Below, in pieces: positions 38,570 through 47,670 of a DNA stretch of 64,000 nucleotides. The notes under the pieces are model-generated. The model was not told the DNA's origin, did no database searches, and was given only the letters and a program-made list of their open reading frames with translations. The position numbers were made by a program, and so were the translations under genes. The first letter of the stretch is position 1. The number at the start of each line of letters is the position of its first letter. The DNA is from Candidatus Latescibacterota bacterium (lineage in GTDB: Bacteria > Latescibacterota > UBA2968 > UBA8231), in contig CBDETK010000013.1 in assembly GCA_965242865.1 (NCBI GenBank), positions 3,296,001-3,360,000 on the forward strand. Direction: 5' to 3'.

Positions 38570-38868
38570 CCAACCCGGCGCAGCCGCGCCAGATAGGCGG
38601 CCCATTCGACCGGGAGCAGGTGCTGCTTTTGGCTGTTGCAGTGCTTGCAACAAGGGACCACGTTGGACTTGGCAGTTTGGCCGCCGCGGATGAGCGGCAC
38701 CACGTGGTCCATGGTCAGCTCTTCGGGCGCAAACGACTGCTCGCAGTAGTAGCATTGGCCAGCGGCCCGTTTGCGCTTCCACCACTCGGAGCGGCGCAAC
38801 CCCTTGGCCTTGGTTTTCTCTCGGGCGACGTGCTCGGCGTCGGCCGGGACGAAGTAGTTATTTTTCAT
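38566..38868 (-). CDS. HNH endonuclease
   Basis: CYYC, TMDHVVP, SNVVPCCKHCNSQK. Confidence 0.9.
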   Translation of the reverse strand: MKNNYFVPADAEHVAREKTKAKGLRRSEWWKRKRAAGQCYYCEQSFAPEELTMDHVVPLIRGGQTAKSNVVPCCKHCNSQKQHLLPVEWAAYLARLRRVG

Positions 38869-38926
38869 GGGAGATCAAGATGGCGCAGTTGTGAGCACCG
38901 TGCGAAGCCAATCACAAGTTCGGAAA

Positions 38927-39340
38927 TTACGCTGCTTGGTATCCCAAGTTCCACACGCGCAGGAGATCGCGACATCCCTGTTCAAAAGTTTGCGTAAAAT
39001 CGATTAACTGAATGGAAAACAGCGTCCAAGAAAGTTGCCCGTAGTTACAGGGTTGGTGCAAAAGGGGAATCATTTTGTTTTCAAAGTGATTCAGATGAAA
39101 AGAAAACATCAGTTCTTTCTTTACCCAAGTGGATCTCACTGAATTCGGCGATAAGACAAGCACAAACCAATCGCAGCGGAGAATCGCTTCACCAATTTCA
39201 TCATGCCATTGCTGGCCCCCAAGGACATTGGATCGACTGTACCAGACGCGAAGCCCATGCCGCCGCATCATGTCGACCAACTCTTCTACAAACTGCCGAT
39301 CTTGGTCAGAATGCGAAAGAAAAATTTCCGTTGGCAACAT
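38927..39340 (-). CDS. standalone TIR domain protein (TIR_2)
   Basis: IFLSHSDQD, LVLSPNSVRSTWVKKEL. Confidence 0.9.
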   Translation of the reverse strand: MLPTEIFLSHSDQDRQFVEELVDMMRRHGLRVWYSRSNVLGGQQWHDEIGEAILRCDWFVLVLSPNSVRSTWVKKELMFSFHLNHFENKMIPLLHQPCNYGQLSWTLFSIQLIDFTQTFEQGCRDLLRVWNLGYQAA

Positions 39341-39343
39341 AAT

Positions 39344-39790
39344 TCAAGAGATTGATGCAGATGTAGGCGGGGAGCTTGCTATATCGTTTTCCAGAATTGC
39401 CTGTGCGATTTGTTTAATCCCTTCTTCTTCCTCGTCGTATTCACCCATATCGATTATATGTAAGTGCCGAAGAATCCATGGAATCTCTTCTTTGGGTAGC
39501 TCTTCTGGATCGCCTACAAGGACGGGGATTAGGCGTTTGCGATAGTTTTGTTCGCCAAGAGCATACTCAATTTCCCGGCGTACCCAACTTGAACGCAGCG
39601 CGTCGGCGGTCAGGAGGACGACCATGGCTTCTGACTCTTTTAATGCCTGCGCTACCTTCTCCGTCAAAGTTTCCTCATACAGGATTTCACGGGTGGCATC
39701 CCACACGTCAAGGCCAGCTTTTTCTAAGCCTATCGCAACCTTCTTGACAAAAGGCTCATCCTTATACGCATGACTAATAAAGACTTTCAT
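39344..39790 (-). CDS. standalone TIR domain protein (TIR_2)
   Basis: VFISHAYKD, SSWVRREIEYA, LIPVL. Confidence 0.9.
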   Translation of the reverse strand: MKVFISHAYKDEPFVKKVAIGLEKAGLDVWDATREILYEETLTEKVAQALKESEAMVVLLTADALRSSWVRREIEYALGEQNYRKRLIPVLVGDPEELPKEEIPWILRHLHIIDMGEYDEEEEGIKQIAQAILENDIASSPPTSASIS

Positions 39791-39819
39791 AATCCAAACT
39801 ATCCTTTTCAACTTTTTAG

Positions 39820-40236
39820 CTACAAAGAGCACCTGCGAATAGCAGCTACGATGTTATTTGTTTGCCAACCAACCATTTCCTTGGCAAGGCACTGCACTTC
39901 AATCGGCACACGTTCTTGACCCCAAGGAGTAACTCCGATAATTGGCTTTTCATGGGATATGGCGATGGAGATTTCTTCCTGAATCCACTTTCTGTGGTTG
40001 ACATACATTCCAGAAACCACAAGAAAGCAGTTAATCGGGGCGATTTGTCGGTTAAGTGCTTGGCGTAGTTCCCCATCTGTCTTTGTTCCCAGTGGATCGT
40101 GCTCTGGAACTGAGTAATTGCGCCAATAGAAGTACGGTGCTTCATAGAGCAAACTCTCAAGGCGGTAGTACTCGGAGTTTTCGGCTCGACGCCATACATG
40201 ACTCAAAAAAAGATCATACATTTTAAGTTTTGGCAT
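39820..40236 (-). CDS. ThsB-like TIR protein (DUF1863/MTH538)
   Basis: LFLSHVW, NYSVP, GMY..HRKWIQEEI, KPIIGV.PWGQE; AAGGAGG RBS. Confidence 0.88.
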   Translation of the reverse strand: MPKLKMYDLFLSHVWRRAENSEYYRLESLLYEAPYFYWRNYSVPEHDPLGTKTDGELRQALNRQIAPINCFLVVSGMYVNHRKWIQEEISIAISHEKPIIGVTPWGQERVPIEVQCLAKEMVGWQTNNIVAAIRRCSL

Positions 40237-40445
40237 ATCTACACCTCCTTATAATTTATTGATTGTAATGACCGAATCTTCCGAATATCATTTGCATGTT
40301 ACATTGTCTTTTTATACAATCTCCCTGCGTTGCCTCGTGTACACGGGGAGCCTTATGCCTAAGCAGGCTATGGCCCTATTCATTCATAGTGGCTTTAAGA
40401 AGATACAAAAGGAGCATAGCCTGCTCAAGCACTATGGGGCGCAAC

Positions 40446-41744
40446 TTAGCCAGCCGCCGAAGCCGCCTCGCGCAATGCCTGCCGAGTCCCAGCCAAGTCG
40501 AAACAGGCCTCTTGATTGCCGCGCATAAAGCGGGTCGCCAGCTCTATGGCTTCGGCTTCGGTCAGCAGGCCATCATCTACTTCGCCTTGGAGCGTGCGGG
40601 CGAGCCAGCGACGCGCCTGAATCGCGTAAGCCACCGAGCTGGTCGGCCAGCCCGTGTCGCCGCCAAAGGCGAAGAGCTTGGATGCGGGAGCGGCGTGGAT
40701 AAAGCGGCGCACAAAGTCGCACGCGCTGGCCGGGTCGATGGACCACGCCCAGCAGAGATCCGCGTACACGTTGCGGTAGTGTTTGGCCAGCGCGACCAAT
40801 TCGTTGGAATAGGGATAGGCAATGTGCATCAGCACAAAGCGGCAATCGAGGTAGCGAGCCAGCAAGGGGCAGAGGTGGCCGCTTTTAATGCGATCGACCG
40901 GCATGCGGTCGTTGCCTGCGTAGTAGCCGGTGTGGATCTTGAACGGCAGCTCGTACTCGATGGCCAGCTCGGTGCCCCGCGCCCAGCACCAGTCGCCCAA
41001 AAGCAACCGGCTCGGCTCGTCGAGCTCTGCGCCTCGGAGCAGGCGTTGGAGTACGCGCTCGGCGTCGGCGTCGGCACGCTCTTCCCAGCGCAACGTGCGG
41101 TTGTACGCGTGCTGCGCTTTGACCGCTATGGCATGGGGGCCGTGCTGGGCAAAAATCGCTTCCATGCCCTGCTTGAGGCTAGCCAAGCCCGTCACGACCA
41201 CGCCGGTTGCTCGCTCCATGGCCTCGGCGTCGATTTGGCCGTTGCAAAAGGTGGCCCAAGACAAGTCGTAGAGGAAAAAGTCCACGCCGGACTCGTCGGG
41301 CGGGCAGGGCCAAGAGAAGTCGTCGGTTTGCACGTGGTCTAGTCGGCCTACTTGGTTGAGCAGCTCGTAACGCCCGCCGGGCCGACGCCAAGCGTTGAGC
41401 TTTTCTTGCGCCTTGTGCAACTCGTCGCCGCTAAAATCGGCCATGCCATAGACCTCGTGCGCGAGGATGCGCACGGCCTCGCCGTAGCCGGTGAAGCGGA
41501 TGGCCGCAAAGGCCGAGCGGATGCGATCAAAGCGCGCGCCCAAGTCTGGATCGGCGGCATCGTTGAGCTTGTGCAAGTCCTCGCGGGTGGCACCCGCCGC
41601 GATCAGGTCGGCGGGCACGTAGTTGCCAAAAAGGTCTTGTAAAATGTCCGGGCCTTGCTCGACCCAGTCGCGCTCCCGGCGCAGATGTTCGTGCGTGTCG
41701 ATTAGCGGCGCGTCTGCTAGGTGCTGGTACAGGTCTGTGGCCAT
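40446..41744 (-). CDS. amidohydrolase family protein (uronate isomerase-like)
   Basis: IDTHEH, KIHTG, LMHIAYP, FGGD. Confidence 0.8.
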   Translation of the reverse strand: MATDLYQHLADAPLIDTHEHLRRERDWVEQGPDILQDLFGNYVPADLIAAGATREDLHKLNDAADPDLGARFDRIRSAFAAIRFTGYGEAVRILAHEVYGMADFSGDELHKAQEKLNAWRRPGGRYELLNQVGRLDHVQTDDFSWPCPPDESGVDFFLYDLSWATFCNGQIDAEAMERATGVVVTGLASLKQGMEAIFAQHGPHAIAVKAQHAYNRTLRWEERADADAERVLQRLLRGAELDEPSRLLLGDWCWARGTELAIEYELPFKIHTGYYAGNDRMPVDRIKSGHLCPLLARYLDCRFVLMHIAYPYSNELVALAKHYRNVYADLCWAWSIDPASACDFVRRFIHAAPASKLFAFGGDTGWPTSSVAYAIQARRWLARTLQGEVDDGLLTEAEAIELATRFMRGNQEACFDLAGTRQALREAASAAG

Positions 41745-41789
41745 GGCATTGCTCCGGTTTGAGGTGTCGCGTTTCCCAGCGGCTTTAAT

Positions 41790-42218
41790 ATGGACTGGCA
41801 TCCCTTCATCGTCCACTACCCCATCGCACTGTTGTCCCTGAGCCCACTGTGCGATCTAGGCGCGCTGTGGCTAGGACGCCGAGCCGGGCACCACCTAGCG
41901 TACGGCTTGCTGGTGTTGGGAGTGCTAGCGGCGACGGCCGGTGTGCTCAGCGGCAATGCGGCCGCGGCTACGGCTTGGGACGGACCAGCCGCCGCGCCAT
42001 TAGCCACCCACGAATCCCTCGCCACTTGGACCTTGTTTTTGGGATTGGGGGTCGTTCTCGGGCGCTTGCCCCTGCAGCTCAGGGGGCGGCTCGAAGGATG
42101 GCCGCTCTATGCGTGGATTGCCCTCGGCGTCCTGCTCGGTGGCTTGGTCTTGTGGACGGGCTACTGCGGTAGCGAACTGGTTTACATACACGGCTTGGGC
42201 GTGCGGGCCGATGGCTGA
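41790..42218 (+). CDS. DUF2231-like membrane protein
   Basis: HPFIVHYPIAL, HE, G..GSELVY.HG.GV. Confidence 0.75.
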   Translation: MDWHPFIVHYPIALLSLSPLCDLGALWLGRRAGHHLAYGLLVLGVLAATAGVLSGNAAAATAWDGPAAAPLATHESLATWTLFLGLGVVLGRLPLQLRGRLEGWPLYAWIALGVLLGGLVLWTGYCGSELVYIHGLGVRADG

Positions 42219-42294
42219 TCGATGGCTGGTTGACGCGGTTTGCTTGGCTTATTTTCGAGCCGCTACCAGCACTCAACGCCCCGAGGAGCAACCC

Positions 42295-43695
42295 GTGAAT
42301 CGCCCCAACATCCTGCTCATTATGACGGACGAACACGCGCCCATGTACAGCGGTCCCTACGGGCATCCGCTCGTGCAGACGCCCTTTATGGATCAACTAG
42401 CCGCCGAGGGCGCGACCTTTGCCAACTCCTATTGCAATTCCCCGCTCTGCCTGCCGTCGCGGATGTCGTTTATGACCGGCCGCTACATCAGCCCGATCCG
42501 GGCCTTTGACAATGCCAGCCCCTTGCCGTCGGATGCGGTCACTTGGGCCCATCGGCTGCGTGCGGTCGGCTACGATGTGGTCCTATCGGGCAAACAGCAC
42601 TTTTGCGGCCCGGATCAACTACACGGCTTCCGCGCCCAGCTAGCGCGCGATTTACACGCCGAGCTGTGGACCAAAAATGGCGTCCTGCGCGGCACCCCCG
42701 ACTGGAGCAAGGGCACGCCGCCAGCCAACAAGCCTTGGAGCGGCGTGACCGAGGCCGGGCCGGGGACGACCCTAGAGATCGAAGTGGACGATCTAGTAGA
42801 GGAACGAGCGCTGGCGTACCTGCGCGATCCGGCTCGCACGGAGCGGCCTTGGGCCCTAAATGTTTCGTTTATCGCGCCGCATTTTCCGCTCGTCGTGCCC
42901 GAGCGGTTTTTCAACCTCTATCCTCTCGACCAAATCGACATGCCGGAAATGCCCCCCGGCCACCTCGAAAACCAGCACCCGGTCCACCAGCGGATGCGGG
43001 CCATGTTTGGGGCGGGCCATTTTCCCGCCGAGCAGGTGCGCCGCGCCCGCGCCGGCTACTACGGGCTGATTACCTATCTCGACGAGAAGATCGGCCGCCT
43101 GCTCGCTGTCTTAGAGGAGACCGGCCAGCGCGACAACACATTCATCGCGCATTTCAGCGATCACGGGGAAATGAACGGCGAGCACGGGATGTGGCGAAAG
43201 TCGAGCCTGTACGAGGCGTCTGCCAAGGTGCCCCTGCAAATGGTCTATCCCGGGCACATTCCGGCCGGTCGGCGCATCGGCGAAGTGGTGTCGCTGGTCG
43301 ATCTGGTGGCGACCATCGTCGAACTCGCCGGCGCACCCAGCACGGGGCCGCTCGATGGCGATAGTCTGTTGGGCTTGCTGCAAGGGCGGGACGCGCACTG
43401 GAAAGACCAAGCATTTTCCGAATACCTTGCGCACGGCGTGGCGCGGCCAACGGCCATGTTGCGGCGCGGCCGCTACAAGCTCCACTACAGCTTAGGGGAT
43501 CCGCCCCAGTTATACGACGTAGAGGCCGATCCCAACGAGTTCGACGACCTAGCGAACCATCCGGCCCACGCGGCCCCCCTAGCCGACCTCCAAGAGCGGC
43601 TATTGTCCGAGTGGGACCCGGTCGCCTTAGAGAGGCAGGTGCGGCAAAGCCAACAGGATCGGCTCTTGATCGAGCGAGCCGCCCGCCTCGGCTGA
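42295..43695 (+). CDS. sulfatase (choline-sulfatase-like)
   Basis: PNILLIMTDEH, CLPSR formylglycine motif, GKQH, SDHG; GAGGAG RBS before GTG. Confidence 0.92.
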   Translation: MNRPNILLIMTDEHAPMYSGPYGHPLVQTPFMDQLAAEGATFANSYCNSPLCLPSRMSFMTGRYISPIRAFDNASPLPSDAVTWAHRLRAVGYDVVLSGKQHFCGPDQLHGFRAQLARDLHAELWTKNGVLRGTPDWSKGTPPANKPWSGVTEAGPGTTLEIEVDDLVEERALAYLRDPARTERPWALNVSFIAPHFPLVVPERFFNLYPLDQIDMPEMPPGHLENQHPVHQRMRAMFGAGHFPAEQVRRARAGYYGLITYLDEKIGRLLAVLEETGQRDNTFIAHFSDHGEMNGEHGMWRKSSLYEASAKVPLQMVYPGHIPAGRRIGEVVSLVDLVATIVELAGAPSTGPLDGDSLLGLLQGRDAHWKDQAFSEYLAHGVARPTAMLRRGRYKLHYSLGDPPQLYDVEADPNEFDDLANHPAHAAPLADLQERLLSEWDPVALERQVRQSQQDRLLIERAARLG

Positions 43696-43705
43696 ATGGC
43701 CAGCC

Positions 43706-45079
43706 ATGAATAACAGCTTCGTTTCCTTCGACGCCATGCAGCAGCGCGTGGTCAATATGCTCAAAAACGAGACAATTTCCGACGAGATTACTCCCATCTA
43801 CTTGGTGCGGGATCTGTTCGGAAAGGTGCGTATATCGGTGTCGGACGCAGTCCGAGAGAATAGTACGCTGCGACCGCGCAGCAAGCGTCGCCGGTTCGGC
43901 TACTCTCCCGTGTCGGACGCAGTCCAAGAGAATAGTACGCTGCAACGCCTCGCCGCTGGCCTACACAAAACGCTCGGCAAGCATGGCTACCCTGCGGACG
44001 ACGCCATGCTGTTCGTGGACGACGCCATGCTGCAAACACTCGACGACATGGCGCAAGCGCTCAAAGACGTGGCGCAAGAGATCCCGCCGGGCGTGTATTG
44101 GGTCGACCGCCTAGTAACCGGCCGCGATTGGTGGACCGTCGGCGATTTAGACCCGCAGAGGACGCCGATGCGCTACGCGCTGTTCTCGGTCAAAGGTGGT
44201 GTTGGACGCAGCACGACCGCCGCCGTTCTCGCGTGGCACTTGGTGCGCCGAGGCGAGCGAGTGCTAGTTGTCGATCTCGATCTGGAGTCGCCCGGGCTGT
44301 CGTCGGCCATGCTCGCACATAAGGAGCAGTCCGAATTCGGCGTCACCGATTGGTTCGTGGAGGACTTGGTTGGGCAAGGCGAGTGCGCGATTGAGCAAAT
44401 GACCGCAACTCCCGCGTGGGCGCAAGACTTTGAAGGCGACGTGTACGTAGTGCCCGCACATGGCAGTGAACCGGGCGAGTATCTGGCCAAGCTGGGGCGC
44501 GTCTATATGGACACACCGAATGAACCTTGGGCCGCACGTCTAGAACGGCTATTGAACGCCCTAGAAAACTATTGTAATCCGACCGTCGTTTTACTGGAGA
44601 GCCGTAGCGGATTGCACGACATTGCGGCGACGACTGTCACCCACCTCAATGCCGAGGTCCTGCTGTTTGCTGTCGACTCGGAGAGCAATTGGACGGATTA
44701 CAAAATCCTCTTCCGCCATTGGCAGACTCACGGCTTGGCTCCGAAAATCAGGGAACGCCTCTCGATGGTGTCCGCGCTGACGCCCGAGCTCAATACGAAA
44801 CAATACCTGTGCCGGTTTCAGGAGCAGGCGTGGGACCTGTTTCGGGACAACCTGTATGACGATGTGGACCCGTCAAACGAATCCGGGGCCGAGTTCTCCT
44901 TCGCACAGGACGCTGATCCCGCACCCCACAATCCGCTCCCCATTCACTGGACGCGCGGTCTCGCTGCGGGTGCCTCGTTGCGGAACCTAGAGACGACAAC
45001 CGTAGAGCAGGCCTACGCAGAATTTCTACGCCGCTTCGATCAACTTTTCAAAGTCGAGAACCGAGGAAAGGCACCATGA
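43706..45079 (+). CDS. ParA/MinD-like ATPase, KGGVGR variant
   Basis: FSVKGGVGRST, DLDLESPG, ESRSG; N-terminal VRDLFGK domain. Confidence 0.8.
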   Translation: MNNSFVSFDAMQQRVVNMLKNETISDEITPIYLVRDLFGKVRISVSDAVRENSTLRPRSKRRRFGYSPVSDAVQENSTLQRLAAGLHKTLGKHGYPADDAMLFVDDAMLQTLDDMAQALKDVAQEIPPGVYWVDRLVTGRDWWTVGDLDPQRTPMRYALFSVKGGVGRSTTAAVLAWHLVRRGERVLVVDLDLESPGLSSAMLAHKEQSEFGVTDWFVEDLVGQGECAIEQMTATPAWAQDFEGDVYVVPAHGSEPGEYLAKLGRVYMDTPNEPWAARLERLLNALENYCNPTVVLLESRSGLHDIAATTVTHLNAEVLLFAVDSESNWTDYKILFRHWQTHGLAPKIRERLSMVSALTPELNTKQYLCRFQEQAWDLFRDNLYDDVDPSNESGAEFSFAQDADPAPHNPLPIHWTRGLAAGASLRNLETTTVEQAYAEFLRRFDQLFKVENRGKAP

Positions 45080-46503
45080 CCACAATCGATATGAAGACAG
45101 CGCGCCAAGCACTCGCCGATCTGCCGGATGGGACGAGCCACGGCGAATCGCCAAAGCCTGAATCCGTATATCTGCCGCGATCCCATCTCAAGGCAACTGA
45201 CCCGAACAGCCTGCTCGTCACTGGGATGCGAGGAGCCGGAAAAACCTTCTGGTGGAGCGCACTTCAGGATAGCGATGTGCGTCAGCTAGTTGGGCAGTCC
45301 ACGGGTAAGGCGACCGTGACGCACACGGGATTCGGAGACCCCTCACGGGACGACTACCCGAGCAGAGACATATTGCAGGCTCTGATGAGCGATGGGGTTG
45401 ATCCGAGGATCTTATGGCGCACGGTACAAGCGTGGCAGCTTGCACCTAACAGTCATCCACTCCGACGACAAAATACATGGGCCGAGCGCGTGTATTATGT
45501 CTCCAACCACATAGAGCCGGTTGAGCACCTTTTTCGGGAATGCGACGATGAATTCAACCGACAAGGCGTCTATTGTCTAATTCTCTTCGATGCCCTAGAC
45601 CGTTGTGCCGACAACTGGCAGGACATGTATCGGATGATTCGCGGGCTACTGCAAACGGCACTCGACATGCGCGGCTACCAGCGGCTGCGGGTTAAGGTAT
45701 TTCTGCGGTCCGACCAAGTTGACCCGGCCAAGGTCGCCGATTTCCCCGACGCCTCAAAGGTCCTTTCTTCAGCCGTTGAACTGAACTGGCCTAGCCATGA
45801 GCTGTACGGCCTGTTATGGCACTACCTCGTCAATGGGCCGCACGGAGCCGATTTTCGCAGATTCCTCACAGGAGATGACGGTTGGTATGCCGTGAAAGCG
45901 GGCGGTCAGCGCGTATTCTCCGTACCGCGATCCTTAATCTCAAAAGGGGAAGATCAACGCGAAAAGTTCCATGTTATTGCCGGCCCATGGATGGGACGCG
46001 GCCCTAAACGCGGCTTTCCGTACACTTGGATTCCGAACCACTTAGCCGACACCGAAGGGCGGGTGAGTCCCCGCTCGTTTCTCGCGGCGTTGAAAACGGC
46101 GGCCGAAGACACCTCCGATTCGCACCCCGCCCACGACTACGCGCTGCATTACGACAGCATCAAGCGAGGGGTACAGAAAGCCTCAAAAATACGGGTCCGT
46201 GAAATCCAAGAGGACTATCCTTGGGTACACCAGATGCTATCTCCCCTTGAAGGTATGGTCGTGCCATGCGAGTTTGACGAAATCGCCAAATGTTGGCAGC
46301 GCGGCCCCCTCGCTGAAGAGGTCAAACAGGGCGAGGTAAAGTTGCCGCCTCGCCATATTGAGCAAGGCCCCGATGGCATTCGCGATGACCTCGAATCATT
46401 GGGAGTCTTCTTCCGCATGCGCGACGGACGGGTCAACATTCCAGACGTTTTCAGAGTGGGATACGGCCTCGGGCGAAGAGGCGGCGTCCGGCCGGTTCGC
46501 TGA
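45076..46503 (+). CDS. P-loop NTPase partner of the ParA-like protein
   Basis: Walker A GMRGAGKT, Walker B LILFDALD, KVFLR.D, SPRSF; ATGA overlap with the upstream gene. Confidence 0.8.
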   Translation: MTTIDMKTARQALADLPDGTSHGESPKPESVYLPRSHLKATDPNSLLVTGMRGAGKTFWWSALQDSDVRQLVGQSTGKATVTHTGFGDPSRDDYPSRDILQALMSDGVDPRILWRTVQAWQLAPNSHPLRRQNTWAERVYYVSNHIEPVEHLFRECDDEFNRQGVYCLILFDALDRCADNWQDMYRMIRGLLQTALDMRGYQRLRVKVFLRSDQVDPAKVADFPDASKVLSSAVELNWPSHELYGLLWHYLVNGPHGADFRRFLTGDDGWYAVKAGGQRVFSVPRSLISKGEDQREKFHVIAGPWMGRGPKRGFPYTWIPNHLADTEGRVSPRSFLAALKTAAEDTSDSHPAHDYALHYDSIKRGVQKASKIRVREIQEDYPWVHQMLSPLEGMVVPCEFDEIAKCWQRGPLAEEVKQGEVKLPPRHIEQGPDGIRDDLESLGVFFRMRDGRVNIPDVFRVGYGLGRRGGVRPVR

Positions 46504-46521
46504 ATAGCTGCGGCATAACCC

Positions 46522-47607
46522 CTAGGCATCCGGCTCGTACTTCGGCTGCCTCGGCGCACGGTCCCGCTCCAGCCGATAGGCACTTCCGGCCAGTGGCAGC
46601 GTTACGCGGGCACCGCCGCGCTGGTGCGACTCGACAAATGCGAAAATCAGCTCGGTATTGGCCCGCGCCAGTTCTGCACCGCCGCGCGGCGGCTCGCCCG
46701 TATCGAGTGAGTGGACCAGATCTTCGACCAAGCAGAGCGTTGAAGCCCGGTGCTCGAAAGCAGGAAATTCCACCAAGCCCAGTATATCGCGGCCCCGGTG
46801 ATCGCGGGTTGCCGGTGCCCGCAACTGCCACTCCTTATCGTTGCCCAGTGCCGTCACCACGCCTTTTTCGCAGACGGCCTCCACTTCCATTCCCCGACCC
46901 GAATTGAGCGCGTACGCCGTGACCCCGTTGGCGAACTGGATAATGCCGTGCCCGACCGGGTCCTCGCGCAGGATATTCCCGTCGATTACTTCATCGCCAT
47001 TGGGCAAATGCGCCTGTACCCAAGCAGCGGGGGCGTCGGAGTTGAGACGCTGGAGCAGGTCAAAGCTGTGGCTGGCGCCGTTGAAGAGCGCACTGGTCTG
47101 GTGGATGACGAGGGTTTGCAACGCGCCGATTTCCCCGGAGTCAATGACGGCCTTCATTTGGTCGTAGCCGGGGTAGAAGCGGCGATTGGTTCCCATATTG
47201 AACACGACGCCGTGGCGCTGGCAGGCTTCGACCATGCGGTCGGCTTCGGCCAGCGAGGCCGCGAACGCCTTTTCCGCGTAAATCGCCCGAGCACCCGCTT
47301 CGGCCGCCGCCATGACGATCTCGGCCCGGTGCTCGGGCTGAGTGGCGACGCTGACGATGTCCGGGGCTTCGCGGGCGAGCATTGCGCGGTAGTCAGTGTA
47401 TTGCTTGTCCGCGGGAATGCCGTAGCGCTGGCCGACCCGCTCCATTACATCGACGCGCAGGTCCGAACAGGCGATGAGGTCCGTGCGCTCGCAAGCCTCG
47501 TACCCGGCGGCGTGCGAGTACGGGCGCATAGCGGGCGGAACCTCGTTGTCGATGAAAGCCCCCATGCGACTACAGCCGATGAGGACGGCTCTGTATTGGT
47601 TCATCAC
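46522..47607 (-). CDS. Gfo/Idh/MocA oxidoreductase
   Basis: IGCSRMG, DIVSVAT, YAEKA, SHSFDL. Confidence 0.88.
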   Translation of the reverse strand: MMNQYRAVLIGCSRMGAFIDNEVPPAMRPYSHAAGYEACERTDLIACSDLRVDVMERVGQRYGIPADKQYTDYRAMLAREAPDIVSVATQPEHRAEIVMAAAEAGARAIYAEKAFAASLAEADRMVEACQRHGVVFNMGTNRRFYPGYDQMKAVIDSGEIGALQTLVIHQTSALFNGASHSFDLLQRLNSDAPAAWVQAHLPNGDEVIDGNILREDPVGHGIIQFANGVTAYALNSGRGMEVEAVCEKGVVTALGNDKEWQLRAPATRDHRGRDILGLVEFPAFEHRASTLCLVEDLVHSLDTGEPPRGGAELARANTELIFAFVESHQRGGARVTLPLAGSAYRLERDRAPRQPKYEPDA

Positions 47608-47610
47608 AAG

Positions 47611-47670
47611 CCTCCAAGTTAAAGCTGAGCCACGGCACGGAGTACCGTTGGGCCCAGCGTCTTGTTCGAT
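47611..47670 (-). other. attC-like integron cassette recombination site (degenerate)
   Basis: ATCGAAC-AAGAC-GCTGGGCC-CA-ACGGTAC-TCC-GTGCCGT-GGCTCAGC-TTTAAC-TTGGAGG; L boxes pair 7/8 around an inner hairpin. Confidence 0.55.

Noticed and set aside
38566-38868. HNH nuclease as effector of the TIR triad
   Set aside because: It has host-like GC, unlike the AT-rich TIR genes, and no ligand-sensing domain. More likely a resident gene at the insertion boundary, though not fully excluded.
43838-43943. 34-bp repeat / 38-bp spacer / repeat as a mini-CRISPR
   Set aside because: Only two copies, and the repeat is part of the coding frame. Treated as a duplication.
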